A stretch of 64,000 nt of DNA from Nemertoderma westbladi (GCA_032718475.1 JAUCBJ010002525.1:77-64076), one strand, 5' to 3'; positions 22,832-36,632 are shown, numbered from the stretch's first letter. Program-made: numbers and translations. The notes: generated by a model not told the origin, from the letters alone.

Positions 22832-25800
22832 ATGGGAGAGAAACCAGATAATTATTTGGACTTAAATGAAGAGGATCTACCACAACTCGATATACAAGAT
22901 CTTCGACATTACTGTACCCAGGCTGGCATAAACTTTACAAGTAAAACAGCTGCTAAAACTCTTCAGAAGAAGTTATCCGGAGCATTAAACTTTGAGGATG
23001 GAAAGGGCGAAACTGCCTCATGGGACACGTTTGCTAAAATTTTAGCAGATGAACGGCGGGCTGCTGAGGATCGTTCCGCTAGAGAGCGTGCCGCCGCCGA
23101 ATTACAACGAGCCGAGGATCGCGCCGTCACAGCCGCGGAGCTACGGCTTGTAATAGAACGTGCTGACGAGGACAGACGTGTCGCCGCTGCGCAGTTCGCT
23201 CAATTAATAGCAACACTCCATCCTGCCGCTGGCGGTGGAGTGGCACCGGGGGTTCCACCTCTGGCTCCCGGAGATGTACCTGAGCATCAAAATCGACGTC
23301 GTCCTATCGACATTAAGAATCTCGAAAAGATAAATAATAACGTCGACTTCCAAACCTTCATCCGATGGCGGAAAGCTTGGGATGTTCACGCACACCGGCA
23401 ACAGATATCGCTTTTCCCTCGCGACGAGCAAGTATATGCCTTGATAGAGGCGTTGGGAATGGATATCCAACAAACTATTAAAGTTACGCTTCGCCTGGAT
23501 ATCGACTCAGGTGACACAACAACTGAGACGTTGTTGGACGCGTTTCAGGCCCATTTACGTTCTAAACGGAGTCTTGCCGTTGATGCCATAAAGTTTAGAG
23601 AACGTAAACAGGGTCCTAACGAATCCTTTGATTCACTCCGAGTTTCACTCGAGGAACTAGCTGACAGCGCTGAGCTGTGCGACCATTGTCGTAATCGTCA
23701 GTTAGTTACACAGATCATCGTGGGTGTTCGAACCTCTGAGACCCGATCCAAACTCCTCGAAATTCTACCTGAACCGACACTTAATGACTGTGTTCGAATA
23801 GCACAGATGGTTGAAGCAAGTGAGAAGAACGAGGTAATTATAGGTAGCGGCAAACCTATAACACAAATCTCGAACTATCAACGGGAACGTGGACGATCAC
23901 CAACCCGCGAAAATCGAGATAATCGGAATCCTTCGGGAAATCGAAATAATTCCAGCAATCCGAACCAAAGTTCCGGCAAATGTGGTATGTGCGGTCGAAA
24001 GACACACCCGGGTGGCAGAACTGAATGTCCAGCCCGAAACGCCACATGCGACGGATGCGGAAAACTTGGACACTATAGACCGGTATGCCGTTCTAAACAT
24101 AAAACCAAGGAACACAAGGTTTCCACTATCCGTCCAACTCAAAACTCTGTCAATCGCATTGTAATCTCTAACACAATATGCGAGCTAGAATATGTACCAG
24201 TCGACATATTTCGCACAGATAATAATAATAAAGTTGGACATATTAAACAGGCCCTGCCCGACAGTGGCGCTGTTATAACCATTTTGGGCGAGAAACAATT
24301 CCACAAGATGGGCGGTAAAGGATCCGACCTTCTACCTGCCGGCAGGGAAGTGTTTTCCGCAGCAAATGGTTCTCCGATATATATATCGGGTCGTCTTCCC
24401 GTTCGAATAATTCATGAGGGCGACATCGTTGAGACCGAGATATACATATCTCGAGAATCCACTGGATTTATTATGTCTCTCCGACTATCTCAAGAGTTTG
24501 GACTCATTCCTTGGAATTTTCCAAACAAAATCCATCCAGATATTTCCACTGTCAAAGCATCTCAGAATATGGAGAATTTGCAGCAGGAAATTCTGACAGA
24601 ATTTGCAGATGTCTTTGATGACGACTCGGTTCCATTATCTATGATGGACGGTCCACCGATGCACATAACACTTAAGGAAAATGCGGTGCCTTACCATGTA
24701 AATGGCGCCCGACCTATACCTTTTGCGTTGCGCGAAGAGGTTAAACTACTGCTCGACGATTACGAACGTCGTCAGATCATTGCTAAAGTTACTGAGCCTA
24801 CAGATTGGGCTCACCCTTTAACGGTGTGTAGAAAACCAAATGGGAAACTCCGTTTGTGCGTGGACCTTCGACACCTTAATAACCAGGTTAAACGTCCACA
24901 GTATCCCACACCCAATCCACGCAGTGTAATCGCTAATATTCCGGCTTCCTCGAAATGTTTCACAGTATTCGATGCAGCACATGGATATTGGCAGATTCCC
25001 CTGGACTCAGAAAGCCAACTTCTCACGACATTCACCACACCATGGGGGCGCTACGTACATCGACGTAGTGTAATGGGCCTCATCTCGAGTGGGGATGAAT
25101 ATAATCGTCGTGGAGACAACGCATTGCAGGGTATTCCCAACGTGGTCAAGTTGGTTGATGACCTACTGATCTACGGAGACAATGTGGAAGAACATATCTC
25201 CCAGATTAGGGTTGTACTGCAACGCTGTCGTGAGGAAAAATTGTGTCTTCACCCAGAGAAGATACAATTCGCTAAGTCGGAAGTTAAATATGCCGGATTT
25301 CTAGTAGGAGAATCGGGAATAAAACCAGATCCAATGAAACTTCGAGCGATCTCAAGTTTTCCATGTCCAACTAACATAACTGACTTAAGAAGTTTTGTCG
25401 GGTTAGTCGAACAATTGGCCCCTTTCTCACATGACTTGGCATCACATTTAACTCCACTACGTCCCCTATTAAGTGCGAGGTCTCCATTTATATGGACTCC
25501 AGACCACGAACGCGCATTCATTGCGACAAAGGCCGGACTGATTTCGCCGCCTATTCTAGCATCATTCGACCCCACTAAGGAAACTCAGCTCCAAACTGAT
25601 GCGTCCCGGAAACATGGCCTTGGGTACGCCTTACTCCAACTCCATGGTGAAGATTGGCGTCTCGTTGAATGTGGTAGTCGGTTTGTGACCGAAACAGAAT
25701 CCCGCTATGCCATAGTCGAGTTGGAAATGTTAGCGGTAGTCTGGGCAACCCAGAAGTGTAGATTGTACTTACTGGGGTTGCATAATTACACCTTAGTGGT

Positions 25801-27352
25801 GGACCACCAACCACTCGTGACGATCATTGATCGTTACACCATCGATGCAACGGAGAACACACGCCTCCAGCGACTAAAGACCAAACTGTCTCCATATGTG
25901 TTTACCACAATCTGGAGAAAGGGGAAAGACCATCGAATACCAGATGCTCTATCCCGCGCCCCTGTGGATGACCCCACTCCAGAGGACATTGTCGATGACG
26001 GTGATATGTCATATTACATCCGGGCGGTTACTCAACAAACCATCTCGGATATTGAAGCCTCTTTTGACGACTCCATTCTAGAATCCCTGAATCAATGTGT
26101 TCTGAACGACCCTGATTACATGGCATTACACAAAGCCATACAATCCGGTTTCCCCCTGGACACTCGGACACTATCTGGAGTTCGACCATTCTGGTCAATT
26201 CGTCATGAACTCACGACTGACCATGATCTCATTCTATATGGTCATCGCATAGTCATCCCGCTTGAAGAACGACGGAAAATTCTTCAACGCTTACATTCGT
26301 CTCACCAAGGTGTTGAAAAGACGCTGCGTCGGGCACGTCAAACTGTTTACTGGCCAGGATTGACCAGTGACATTCGGAACACTACTGGGTCGTGCCGTGA
26401 ATGTTTGGCTTATCAACCAAGCCATCCCAAAGAGCCAATGCTCTACGACCCCCCGGCTACACGGCCCTTCGAAGAAATTTCGTGCGATTTCTTCTCCCTA
26501 AACGGTCATGATTACCTCACTGTAGCGGATCGCTACTCCGGGTGGCCAGAAGTCCTCTCTTACAGCACCCCTCCCACTGCGGCGAAAACTATCGAGAGTG
26601 TCCGCAGCGTGTTCATCCGCTTTGGTGTCCCTACACGTTTACGATCCGATGGCGGCCCTCAATTTACAGCCACCGTATTCGAGGATTTCCTCAATGATTG
26701 GGGCGTCAAACCGATCGTTTCTTCACCGGGATACGCGCAAAGTAACGGTCACGCCGAATCAGCGGTGAAAGCTATCAAATCCCTCCTCGCAAAGACTGGA
26801 GGAAACATCAAGAGTGAGAGATTCGGGGAGGGGCTACTCGAATTACGGAATGCGCCACGCATGCATGGGAAATCGCCAGCCGAAATTCTGTTCGGACATC
26901 CTATCCGTACACGAATCCCCATCCACAGCAGTGCGTTCCATGGGAGCCATCAGTCTACTCGGACTGAAATGGATATAAAGGCCCATGACCTAAAATCCAA
27001 AACTGCCAACTATTATAATAAGGGCGCCCACAAACTCAAACCACTTCAGATTGGGGAGAAGGTCCTTATCCAGAATGCTTCTACAAAGCGTTGGGACCGA
27101 TCCGGTGTCGTTGTGGAGATCAATCCACATCGTTCTTACAGGGTCCGGACCCCATCGGGCCGCGCACTACGGCGCAACCGAAGATTCCTTATTAAGGACA
27201 CTGCGGCAGACCCTATTATACAGAAAGAACAACCCTATCAACGGAAACATGTAACATGGAAACCGACGTTAGTGGATGATATACCTGTCGTTCATAGATA
27301 TCCACAACGTAATCGACGCTCTCCAGACAGACTACATTCCTCTACAAACTGA
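22832..27352 (+). CDS. Single-ORF Gag-Pol polyprotein, 1506 aa
   Basis: Two Zn knuckles (CGMCGRKTH...C and [14 protein letters not shown]), protease PDSGA, RT (LRLCVD, LVDD), RNase H (TDAS), integrase HHCC and D-D-E, in Gypsy domain order. Confidence 0.96.
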   Translation: MGEKPDNYLDLNEEDLPQLDIQDLRHYCTQAGINFTSKTAAKTLQKKLSGALNFEDGKGETASWDTFAKILADERRAAEDRSARERAAAELQRAEDRAVTAAELRLVIERADEDRRVAAAQFAQLIATLHPAAGGGVAPGVPPLAPGDVPEHQNRRRPIDIKNLEKINNNVDFQTFIRWRKAWDVHAHRQQISLFPRDEQVYALIEALGMDIQQTIKVTLRLDIDSGDTTTETLLDAFQAHLRSKRSLAVDAIKFRERKQGPNESFDSLRVSLEELADSAELCDHCRNRQLVTQIIVGVRTSETRSKLLEILPEPTLNDCVRIAQMVEASEKNEVIIGSGKPITQISNYQRERGRSPTRENRDNRNPSGNRNNSSNPNQSSGKCGMCGRKTHPGGRTECPARNATCDGCGKLGHYRPVCRSKHKTKEHKVSTIRPTQNSVNRIVISNTICELEYVPVDIFRTDNNNKVGHIKQALPDSGAVITILGEKQFHKMGGKGSDLLPAGREVFSAANGSPIYISGRLPVRIIHEGDIVETEIYISRESTGFIMSLRLSQEFGLIPWNFPNKIHPDISTVKASQNMENLQQEILTEFADVFDDDSVPLSMMDGPPMHITLKENAVPYHVNGARPIPFALREEVKLLLDDYERRQIIAKVTEPTDWAHPLTVCRKPNGKLRLCVDLRHLNNQVKRPQYPTPNPRSVIANIPASSKCFTVFDAAHGYWQIPLDSESQLLTTFTTPWGRYVHRRSVMGLISSGDEYNRRGDNALQGIPNVVKLVDDLLIYGDNVEEHISQIRVVLQRCREEKLCLHPEKIQFAKSEVKYAGFLVGESGIKPDPMKLRAISSFPCPTNITDLRSFVGLVEQLAPFSHDLASHLTPLRPLLSARSPFIWTPDHERAFIATKAGLISPPILASFDPTKETQLQTDASRKHGLGYALLQLHGEDWRLVECGSRFVTETESRYAIVELEMLAVVWATQKCRLYLLGLHNYTLVVDHQPLVTIIDRYTIDATENTRLQRLKTKLSPYVFTTIWRKGKDHRIPDALSRAPVDDPTPEDIVDDGDMSYYIRAVTQQTISDIEASFDDSILESLNQCVLNDPDYMALHKAIQSGFPLDTRTLSGVRPFWSIRHELTTDHDLILYGHRIVIPLEERRKILQRLHSSHQGVEKTLRRARQTVYWPGLTSDIRNTTGSCRECLAYQPSHPKEPMLYDPPATRPFEEISCDFFSLNGHDYLTVADRYSGWPEVLSYSTPPTAAKTIESVRSVFIRFGVPTRLRSDGGPQFTATVFEDFLNDWGVKPIVSSPGYAQSNGHAESAVKAIKSLLAKTGGNIKSERFGEGLLELRNAPRMHGKSPAEILFGHPIRTRIPIHSSAFHGSHQSTRTEMDIKAHDLKSKTANYYNKGAHKLKPLQIGEKVLIQNASTKRWDRSGVVVEINPHRSYRVRTPSGRALRRNRRFLIKDTAADPIIQKEQPYQRKHVTWKPTLVDDIPVVHRYPQRNRRSPDRLHSSTN

Positions 27353-28837
27353 AAGCTTTCATATCATATACTAAAAGCTCGAAGGGGGGTGTTAGAATAT
27401 CATAAACTGTTAGTCTGCCGGACTCGGTTTCTTACATTTTGAGAGAGATATAAGGTGGAGGGAAATTCAAACTTACTTTTAGTTAGAGGTAGCACTGTGT
27501 GACATACCGGCACTGTTGCACTGCAGCAATACTGCAATAGGTCTAGTGCATTTATATACAGGCCTAAATCGTGTATACATTATACAATGATATGTTAGAA
27601 TATCCTATCTTAACAAAGATGACAGCCATGTGCCCTTCGTCACACATTGTTGTCGGTCCCTAGAATAACCCTCAATCATTCCTGCGATCATCTCTGCTGT
27701 GTTCTTGATAATAGTTATAGGTGGATCGTCTATACTTATAAATGCGCCAGCCGCCAGTATATTATTATCTAAACCTGATGTCGTCTCCAACACGTCCTAC
27801 GTTCATTATTTTCCACCAACGAACAATAATTGTTCGTATATAATTCCGAGGTCTCCTTTACTACATTATAAATCGATTCTTTCTAGATGGGATTCTAAGA
27901 CTTTTTGTAGAAAAAATGTACTGACTAACTGAATTATTGTCGAAAATCACCTATCAAATTAGAAAGACAATTTCCACAAAAGACAGAAAATAGCAAAAAA
28001 AGGTTCGAAAAGAAGGAGACACTACCATATATACCACACTACTATATAAATTAGCGCAAAATTTTTGGCCAACATTTTCGTTGATTTTTTTTTCACAAAT
28101 TTTCATGCTTTTTTGTCAGTATTTTTTCTTGATAAATGTTCTAGAACGTATATTGACTGAGTGTTCTAGAACTTTGAAAAAAGTTCTAGAACATTTTAAT
28201 TATTAATTTTCGAGAAAATAATTTTCTTTAAAAAAGAAAAATTTTTAAAAAGTTTATTATTTTTTATCCTATTTTGCCTGTTTTTTTCTGTTGATAAGAG
28301 TTCTAGCAACCACTACCAAATGTTCTAGAACATTTTTATTAACAATTTTCGATAAATAAATATTCTAGAATATTTTTTCATTAAAAAAATATAATAATAT
28401 GATTGTTTAATTAAAAAAAAAGTAGCTCGTAAACTAAACACATTTTAGAGCAAAATGAAAATGTTGGCACGGGCGGAACTCTAGCCAAATTTTTAGCTAC
28501 ATATTCAATATTTGGTACTAGCTAACGTTCTAGAATATTTAACAAGCATCAATTTGAAGGGTGGCATTAGTATAGTACCATATCCAAATTTTGCACTTTT
28601 CTTTTCTTTTTAGGTTAAAAGATTTTTGACATGTTGTTTGGCTTTGTATTATCAATTTTATTCTAGAATTATATATCTTTGTTGCTAGGTTATATACATA
28701 AATAAAATAAATTTAAAATTACTTAATGAATAATTATTTCTTTATATAGTGATTATTTATTTCTTATTCTTATTGAGAAATATATTTGAGGATTAAATTA
28801 CATTTTTAATTTTTTACTAGCTAATAAAAAGTACTAG

Positions 28838-29542
28838 CATGGCCTACTATATATACGGCCTAACATGTTGTCGATTTGGCCTTAAAAAAAGAGGCCAGTT
28901 TTTTTTACACTATTTTAATATTTTGATATGGGGAGAGTTCTATAAATTGCCATTTGCTGCAATTTGGTCAACGGACGTAATTGAAGTCTCTTCGTTAATT
29001 AAGCAAGATACAAAATTTGATGGTAGCTAGTGTTTTAGATAGGTTTAGCTAGTAATTTCAACACTGGTTCCGACATCCTACTTCCCTCTATAAATTTTTT
29101 GTAGTAGCTAGTTCTTATTACTATTTGTATAGAAAATGTTCCAGAACATGTTAGCTATTCATTTTTTTAAAAATTATGTTCAAGAACAAATATTTTTTGT
29201 TCTAGAACATTTTTTAGAAAAAAATCTGGATTCTGTTTAAAACGCAAGGAATCGTTCTAAAACGTGTTTAAAATCAATAAAAAAAAATGTGAAAAAAAAT
29301 ATTGTGAATAAAATTTTTTGAAAAAATTTTTTTTATTGATTTTAAACACGATTTAGAACGATTCCATGCGTTTTAATTAGAATCCAGATTTTTTTCTAAA
29401 AAATGTTCTAGAACAAAAAATATTTGTTCTAGAACATAACTTTTTTAAAAATGAATAGCTAACATGTTCTGGAACATTTTCTATACAAATAGTAATAAGT
29501 AAATAGTAAATAAGCAAATAGTAATATATATAGTAGGCCATG
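28838..29542. mobile_element. P-like MITE with a large internal palindrome
   Basis: TIR CATGGCCTACTATATATA and its reverse complement, 7-bp TSD gtactag (28831-28837 and 29543-29549), fold-back at 29114-29499. Confidence 0.78.
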
Positions 29543-29726
29543 GTACTAGCTAACACAAAATCAAAATTATTAGCTACCGGTACCATCTTACGGTCAGATG
29601 GTCAAATATTTGTTCTAGAACAAAAACGGTCAAAATAAAAGACATTTTCACAAGAAAAAGTTGGTCAATTGTTTTTTTAATTTTAAATTATGATTTTTTT
29701 TTCACTAGCTAATATAAAGTACTAGC

Positions 29727-30263
29727 GGTATTACTACACCTTGGGTCACACCTACGAAATTTTTTTTTAATACATAAATAGGTTATTTAAGAATACTAAT
29801 ATTGTTCTACAATGTATATTAATAAATAGATAATTGTTCTAGAATGTATATTAACAGTTAGTTAATTGGATACTCTTGCTTTACTAATTCAATAAGGTCG
29901 TTAAACGGTGAACGTTTGTGAAGCATCCTCCACCGATACTCATCTAGGTGACTTTGTAGTAAATTCAATCTAGTGCCTTTCCGTTGCTTCATTATCATAA
30001 GTTTGGCATGTCCCCATAATCCTTCTATAAGTTGCGTGTTCGCTCCGGTGATCTGGTCTACGAATCTACCACGCCCCTTCTTACTGTGGTTTACGACATA
30101 GCGACAAAGTACTGTTATTCGACAGTTATGCACTTTGTGCAAGTGGTTATAATAAATATAAAACATTCTAGAATTCAATTACTATTGTTACAGTACGCTT
30201 AAAACACTATAAAACATGCTTATAATTAAATTTGTCAGGTGTGACCCAAGGTGTAGTAATACC
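29727..30263 (-). mobile_element. Merlin (IS1016/ISXO2-like) deletion derivative
   Basis: 27-bp TIR GGTATTACTACACCTTGGGTCACACCT, 8-bp TSD gtactagc and a C-terminal transposase remnant VNHS...FVDQITGANTQLIEGLW...LQSHLDEYRWR (29858-30100). Confidence 0.9.
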
Positions 30264-31543
30264 GTACTAGCTTACACAAATTCAAAATTACTGGCTACCA
30301 TCTTACTGGCTCCAATCTTACTGTCAGGGGGTCAAATATTTGTTATAGAACAAAAACCTCATGATAAAAACCGATAATCACTAATATAATAAATTAATAT
30401 AAATTTTTTTTGAATTTGGGCATAGATGCTATATTAATGCCTTGATGTTGGGTTAGAGGAACAAAAATTAAAGTTCATTTTATAAATATTATGTAGTTAA
30501 GTGTTTTAATTTGGCATTTACATTAAATTTCCAGTGTGTTTTTGCTTTGTAACTTCTCGAATTAGCTATAGTAAATTCCGCCGTCATGACCTACATAGTC
30601 GAGTCAATCTAGCAAAAAACCCAAAGTATTTCGCAATCAATCCGAACCACATATTTTGGATTCTATATTACCTTATAAATGACCAAAAAAAAGTCCATAA
30701 AATTTTATTTTGCGGATCATATGTTTATTCATGGAAATTCTGCGTAACACAAGCCAAACAAAAGGAACAGTAGGGAAAAGTAAGTAGCAAATTGGTGATG
30801 TTCCAGAATAATTTAATTAATTTCACAATAAGCTGTGATTCAATGGGATATTAGTAATATTTACACTGGCGTGTTACACATTAATTGTTATATCTCGGAA
30901 ACTAGAAGTCGCATCAAATTTTTAAATATATCAAAAACTTCACGTTATATTAAGGAAACCGTTGTAAAAAAAATTATACAATTCCACTGCAAGGAAATTT
31001 CATAATTTCCATTAATGTCGGTGAAGAATTTTCACATAATTAAATTGTGATTGCTCTAATGATTTTAGGTGTAATTTATTTATTTGGTTTAGTTTGAAAA
31101 CCACAATAGAATATCATATATCAAATAAAATTTTTGGGGATACGGGTTTTTGAGGTCGATAAATCCGCCCGATGGGCGAGGTTACATCCACCCGTTTAGT
31201 AGATAAGTTGTGTAAATAAGGTCCTTCTTATATTGTACCAGCAAAATTGGTATTAAAAATGGATAAATTATTAGACAAATTTCCGTTGCTCTGGAAACTA
31301 AATTGGTAATTATATAGAAGTGCATACTTCTGTCAATCGATAGTCATTAGAGTAAAGTTTGTCTGTACCAAATTTGGAAATTGGAAATTGAAGGTGATCC
31401 GCATAATATATTTTTATCGACTTTTTGGGGGTATTAACAAGGTAATGTAGAATAAAAAAAAATTGGTTTGGACGAATTGCGAATTTGTTATGGGTTGACC
31501 CATTTTTCGGCTAGATTGACTCGCCTATTCAGTTTAGAACGCC

Positions 31544-33060
31544 TCAGCATCGAAAACACGTACAACGCAATAATGAAATTATAACTAGGAACTGCTTTAC
31601 ATCGTTTATATCGTTGTAATAAAGATGACAGTTATTATATTGTTTGCACCGAATGTATTCACTAGTTGGATGATCAGTGCGATAAAGGAGTTTCCATACA
31701 TACTTCACACGGACTATCTTACACCATATATCAGGTAGTAAAAGTCCGCGCGAAATTGGTAGTTTGTGCCTGTCTGTGTTGAATAGTGTACCTACTGCCC
31801 CTATCAACAACATTGCGGCCCAGAAATCTTCTATAATTTTACATGATCGACGTGAGGCCCAGACTGGTGAAGCATACACAATTTTAGTAAGAATAACTGA
31901 ATGTATAATTTTTGTCACCGCAGCAATACTAATTCCATTCCTAGAAGGAGCACAGAAGCTGCTATCTAGCTTAGAGGAGGCTGCATCTAGTGTTGGCCTC
32001 TTTGTGAATAGCACAAAGACCAACATTCTGACAGTAAACATGGATTCAGATCAGCAGAAAATTGATCGGGATAACATTCAATCGCTGGGTGGACTGGTAA
32101 GTCATGTGAACGACTTCTGCTACCTTGGATCATGGGTTCGGAGGTCTGCTGAAGATCTCCGAATTCGCAAAGGGAAAGCCTGGTCCGCCATCCACAAGCT
32201 ATCCAGGATCTGGAAGAGCTCTGACATCTCATGCTCTTTAAAGGTCCGCCTTTTCCGTGCAGCAGTGGAGCCTGTGCTGCTCTATGGCAGCCCATGCTGG
32301 GCTCTAACTTCTGAAGACACCAGGTCCTTGGATGGCACATACACCAGGATGCTTCGCCGGGTGCACAACATAGCATATGATGCACACATAAGCAATGAGG
32401 TGTTATATAAATATGGTAACATCTCATTGCCAAGACCTAGCATCACCCTGCAGAAACGCCGCCTAATGCTTGCTGGGCACTGTTTCCGCCGGCAGGATCA
32501 ACCTGTACACAACCTTGTGCTGTGGCAGCCTGCTGGCGAGATTAGACGTGGTGGACAGCCAATGACTTTCCTCAAACGCCTGCTCAAGGACACAGGACTT
32601 GAGAACAGGAATGAATTAGGAAATTGTATGGCTGACCGCAAGATCTGGGGGCGCTATGTTTCTGGGGCCGCCGGCACTGCACCCTAGTGCAAGCCGATCA
32701 TCATCATCAATTCCATTCCTGGGGTTTACGAAACGTGATACATTTTTCCACAGCTGCCAAAAATTCATCATAACATTCTTTAGATGAATATCAAAGTCAT
32801 TTTGGAATCAAATGAACACCTAATATCTTTGTTTTGTAGTCTGAGAAAAGTTAGCATGATCCACAGTTGTTCCCATAACTAAAACATCAGTTTTCTCAGC
32901 ATTTATCTTTAGGCGCCATCGTTGACACCATTAAAAGACTTCATCACAGTCCGTCTGGAGACTTTGTATACCCAGACTGATACTGTAGTATTTATCATCG
33001 TGAGTTGGGCAAGTTTTGTAACGACTGTTATCATCTGCATACTTAAATTTACTCATCATT
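31544..33060 (-). mobile_element. Decayed LINE RT fragment (Jockey/CR1-like), interrupted by an RTE insertion
   Basis: Minus-strand FKYADD...WCQRWRLKINAEKT near 33.0-32.9 kb and IVYASPVW after the insertion, with several stops. Confidence 0.75.
31943..32708 (+). mobile_element. 5'-truncated RTE-clade LINE
   Basis: FCYLGS, KVRLFRAAVEPVLLYGS, AGHCFR, (CAT)n tail and 12-bp TSD aattccattcct (31931-31942 and 32709-32720). Confidence 0.92.
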
Positions 33061-33744
33061 TCTTTTATTTAAAAAATAAGCAAATAAATCCATAGATAGT
33101 ACTTTTCCTTGGCCAATACAAATTGTCATTTCTTTGGAAATTACCCATAGACTTTGGAAATTACATCACTCTTGTGATCTACACTAGGGGAATTTAACCG
33201 GGGATGGATTTGAACAGAGTGAAAATTGTTAAATGCATAAATTCACTGGAGGGGGGTTAAATACACTAGGGAAAATACACTCCGGGAGTGAGAATACACT
33301 ACGGAATTTTATCCGGGGAGTGATTTTGCATGGAGAGTGAAAAGTATATGTTACACCGGTAGTTAAAATGTTTGATAAATTAGTTTTATGGTCGTTTCCA
33401 AGGCCAGTTTTAAAGTTTGATGGATTCAAAGGTGTTTTCCGTCTGTCTGTCGAGAACCGAACCAAAAAGAAATTGAAGCATTAGTGGTCAAGATTATTCA
33501 ACAATTACTCTATATGCCTCAAAATAAACAGATTACATTACAGCATTATTGGTGTTTGGCTTCTCGACTTTACTTGGTCAAAACCATGTAAATGGCACAA
33601 AATAACCACAAACACCAATTATGTTTTTATTTTGTTTAAAAAGTTAATTTAATTGAACAAACATGAGGTGGGTTTGAAATGTGCATTATTCGGCTTAATA
33701 TTGGTATTATTATATAGCATTCCCGGAGTGGGATTTCAACTTAC

Positions 33745-33929
33745 CTGGATGGTTGCAGTGGTGCTGACCCCTTGAACGAGGCTGAATGAGAGGCGAACAG
33801 AGGCGGAGAAGGCGAACCAGATAATTCGTCCAAGTCGTCATCCGATAAATTATCATCCGAAGAATTTAGTTGGGGTTCTTTAGTTGTCGTTAACGGTATT
33901 CCATTTGCAACGGGTAACGGCACTGCCAT
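33745..33929 (-). CDS. Probable first coding exon of an unidentified host gene (acidic, Ser/Pro-rich)
   Basis: GC-richer ATG-started frame MAVPLPVANG...SDDDLDELSGSPSPP ending at a consensus donor CAG|GTAAGT. Downstream exons were not located. Confidence 0.5.
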
Positions 33930-35038
33930 TATCGGTATTTATTTGACCGGTCTTCCGTCAGTAACTTAATGCAGTAATAATGCAGACAGCTGATGTATTA
34001 CAGAAGTTCTTTAAGGCAACTTAAAATCCAGAAGTGTTGTTAGTCTGTATTCAGGTATTAATATCGCTCAACAACTGAACTAACTAATTTTATGTTAAGT
34101 TAGGGCTATGTTACCATGGGCCTCACAGTGACGACATTTGACATCTGTTTATCAGTAAAACTGTAATACAGGTATGTGTGATAATATTAATTTACAGATT
34201 TAATGGCAGAATGGTAAACCGAACCAATAATATGTATTGTAATAAATGATATTAGGCTATTGCTGCATTGCCAATACAGTAATAATGTAATAACAACACT
34301 CATAAATAGGATAATAAATAGAAAATAGGCCACTAATTATTGTGAATGGCAGGTATATAATTGCCAATTGGCAGTCAAATAGGCCTACAGTCTATAACAC
34401 CATACATGCGAATATAAGTACTGTAGTATGGTAAATAAGGCCACAGCGCACAGCAGAAACCTACTCCTTAACTACCAAAATATTTACTAGGGCCAGGTAC
34501 TGCTGTACTGTCAGACTATTTTTATTCGCAGCTAGGCCTAAATAAGAGTTGCCCTTGTGCAGTGCAGTAAGTATTGCTACCGGTAGCTATAAACTCCTTT
34601 TCTTATGAATAAATTATTTTCATTGTCATCTGTCTGCCGAATTAAAGTTTGAAGTTTATAGATGTTGCTAAGATACAAACCTACCGCCCTACCACTCACA
34701 TCCCTTGCTTTTTGCTTGGATTTATTGGTCAGGAGAATTCTTAAAGTTTTCCTTTACTAATTACCCCACCAGGCCAGCAGCAGCTGGGACTTTATTTAAT
34801 ACAATTTTAATAAGCACCGAGACTGACACAAACGAAATACCGGTACCGGTACATTAATTGATAAATTTTAATTAAAATTGTGAATAATTATTAATTTCAT
34901 TTAATTATTTATTTATAAAAGCAAACAGCGAAACAGGGAAGCTTTCACTATTTGTACAGTGTACCAGGCGCAATGTGTATTCTGGATAGTTTTTATTATT
35001 ATAATGTAGTAACAGCTAGCTACATATGATTGCGAATA

Positions 35039-35326
35039 TGTGGGGCGAGCCACGCAGTCGGGGCGAGATTTAGCGCACAATTATAATTAGTAAATAGGGC
35101 GAAATTTAATATGTCTGTATGTCCGTCTGTAATGAAAAAATCATTCGTAAATAACTATGGAAGATTTTACCCATTTTCAACCAAATATTGTAGGGCATAC
35201 TAGAGAAAAAGTTCCAATATTTTTGAAAGTTACTGGCAAATAGCTCTCGAACGTTTGACTCCAGATCAAATCGAACTTGTTTCGAACTTGGTCATGTTCG
35301 CGTGATCTGCTGCGCGACGCCCCACG
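35039..35326 (+). mobile_element. Helentron/HINE-like non-autonomous repeat copy
   Basis: Ends TGTGGGGCGAGCCACG ... GCTGCGCGACGCCCCAC with an internal gtctgt-type microsatellite. Confidence 0.5.
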
Positions 35327-36632
35327 AGCGTGTACAGTAAGTACTACACTACTTACACTGTTACACTACATGGTACTGTTCGCCGGTGATTATAAACAAA
35401 CGGTTATACTGTAGTTATTATAAACTCGTCTTTCTCAATTGTTCAATGTTTTTTTTATTCTCTAATGACGTTAATTAGGAGCCCGCTCGACAGGCGGGAT
35501 ACTTACTGTAAGAATCTCAGGGATACATTACTGTAAAAATCTCAGGATATACACTGACTGACTGACTGACTGATAATTATCTAGGTTCAGGCACTTCCTG
35601 CCTGGCGATTTTGTTGAAATTTTACAAGTAAATTGCTTTGGTGGTTCATAATCGCGTTACAAAATATCAGATTAATTCAATGTGTGGTATTCGATATATT
35701 TCGTTTTTTGAAATTATTTTGTCGCGAAATTAAAAGCAATGGTAAAGTAACAACTCCTGCCTGAGCTGCTGCAGCAGCTAGCTGTGTAGGAATTCCATCA
35801 AGGCAGAATTTCTTGACCACACCCCTCCTGCTGCTGGCTGCTGTCTGAGTCTACACTTCCTTATCAGCTCTCAGGTATAGACAGAAAGTAGTTGAGTTGT
35901 CAATAAACAAAATAAAATATACAACTGCAGTAGGATTATATTATTATTATTCCACGAATCACTGGGCTGATTATTTTGTATAGGATATATGTAGAATGTT
36001 CTTAAAAATAATATTCTTATTTTTTTTATTACATATGATTATCATCATTTTTTAGCTGAAGCATTAATAGTGTAAATTAATTTAATTATATTTTAATACC
36101 ATTACTACGTTGGCATACTGTAAGATAAGTTTTAACATTTCTTACAAATAGTGGTGCGAGCATAAATCAAATCACGCAAATTTAAAAGAACCGGGTGTGT
36201 TGTCATAGCAAAGTTTCATTTTTTATTATGTGGGACGAGCCACAAAGTCAGCTAGCCCCACGCCTTATAGTTTAGACAATTGTTTAGTTTACTTACTGCT
36301 GACCGACAAGGTTGATTTCTAATAGTCTTGTAAATAGGATACTTCCCCCGGGCTCCTTCCAGCCAGCTTGCTGGCTTTCTAGTGTATATTGTATGTTTAT
36401 TTATTCGTGTAATTTCGCACTACCAAATCGGCAGGACGATCTACAGTATTGTCCAACTTTTTATATCGCAGTGCGAAATTATTCCTCAGTATTTCCCTAC
36501 GCCATACGTTTGCGATATATAATAATAAATTAATTGTAGCAGTGGGGTGGGTGAGGGTGAATTAAATATATTATGTACCGTACAGTAATAGAACAATAAG
36601 ATAATGCTCTCCATAGCGAAAAATATCAACCG

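Larger units (their letters stand above)
22476..27615 (+). mobile_element. Full-length Ty3/Gypsy LTR retrotransposon, Mag-like
   Basis: 226-bp TG...CA LTRs (22476-22701 and 27390-27615) differing at 3 positions; PBS TGGCGCAGT; PPT GAAGGGGGG; flanks aagag/aagat (TSD with one mismatch). Confidence 0.96.

Noticed and set aside
27605-27932. ORF interrupted by the Gypsy insertion
   Set aside because: Removing the element gives only a short frame with no recognisable motif.
28100-30350. Heat-shock elements (many GTTCTAGAAC)
   Set aside because: Mostly two-unit palindromes inside transposon-derived repeats, with no adjacent gene.
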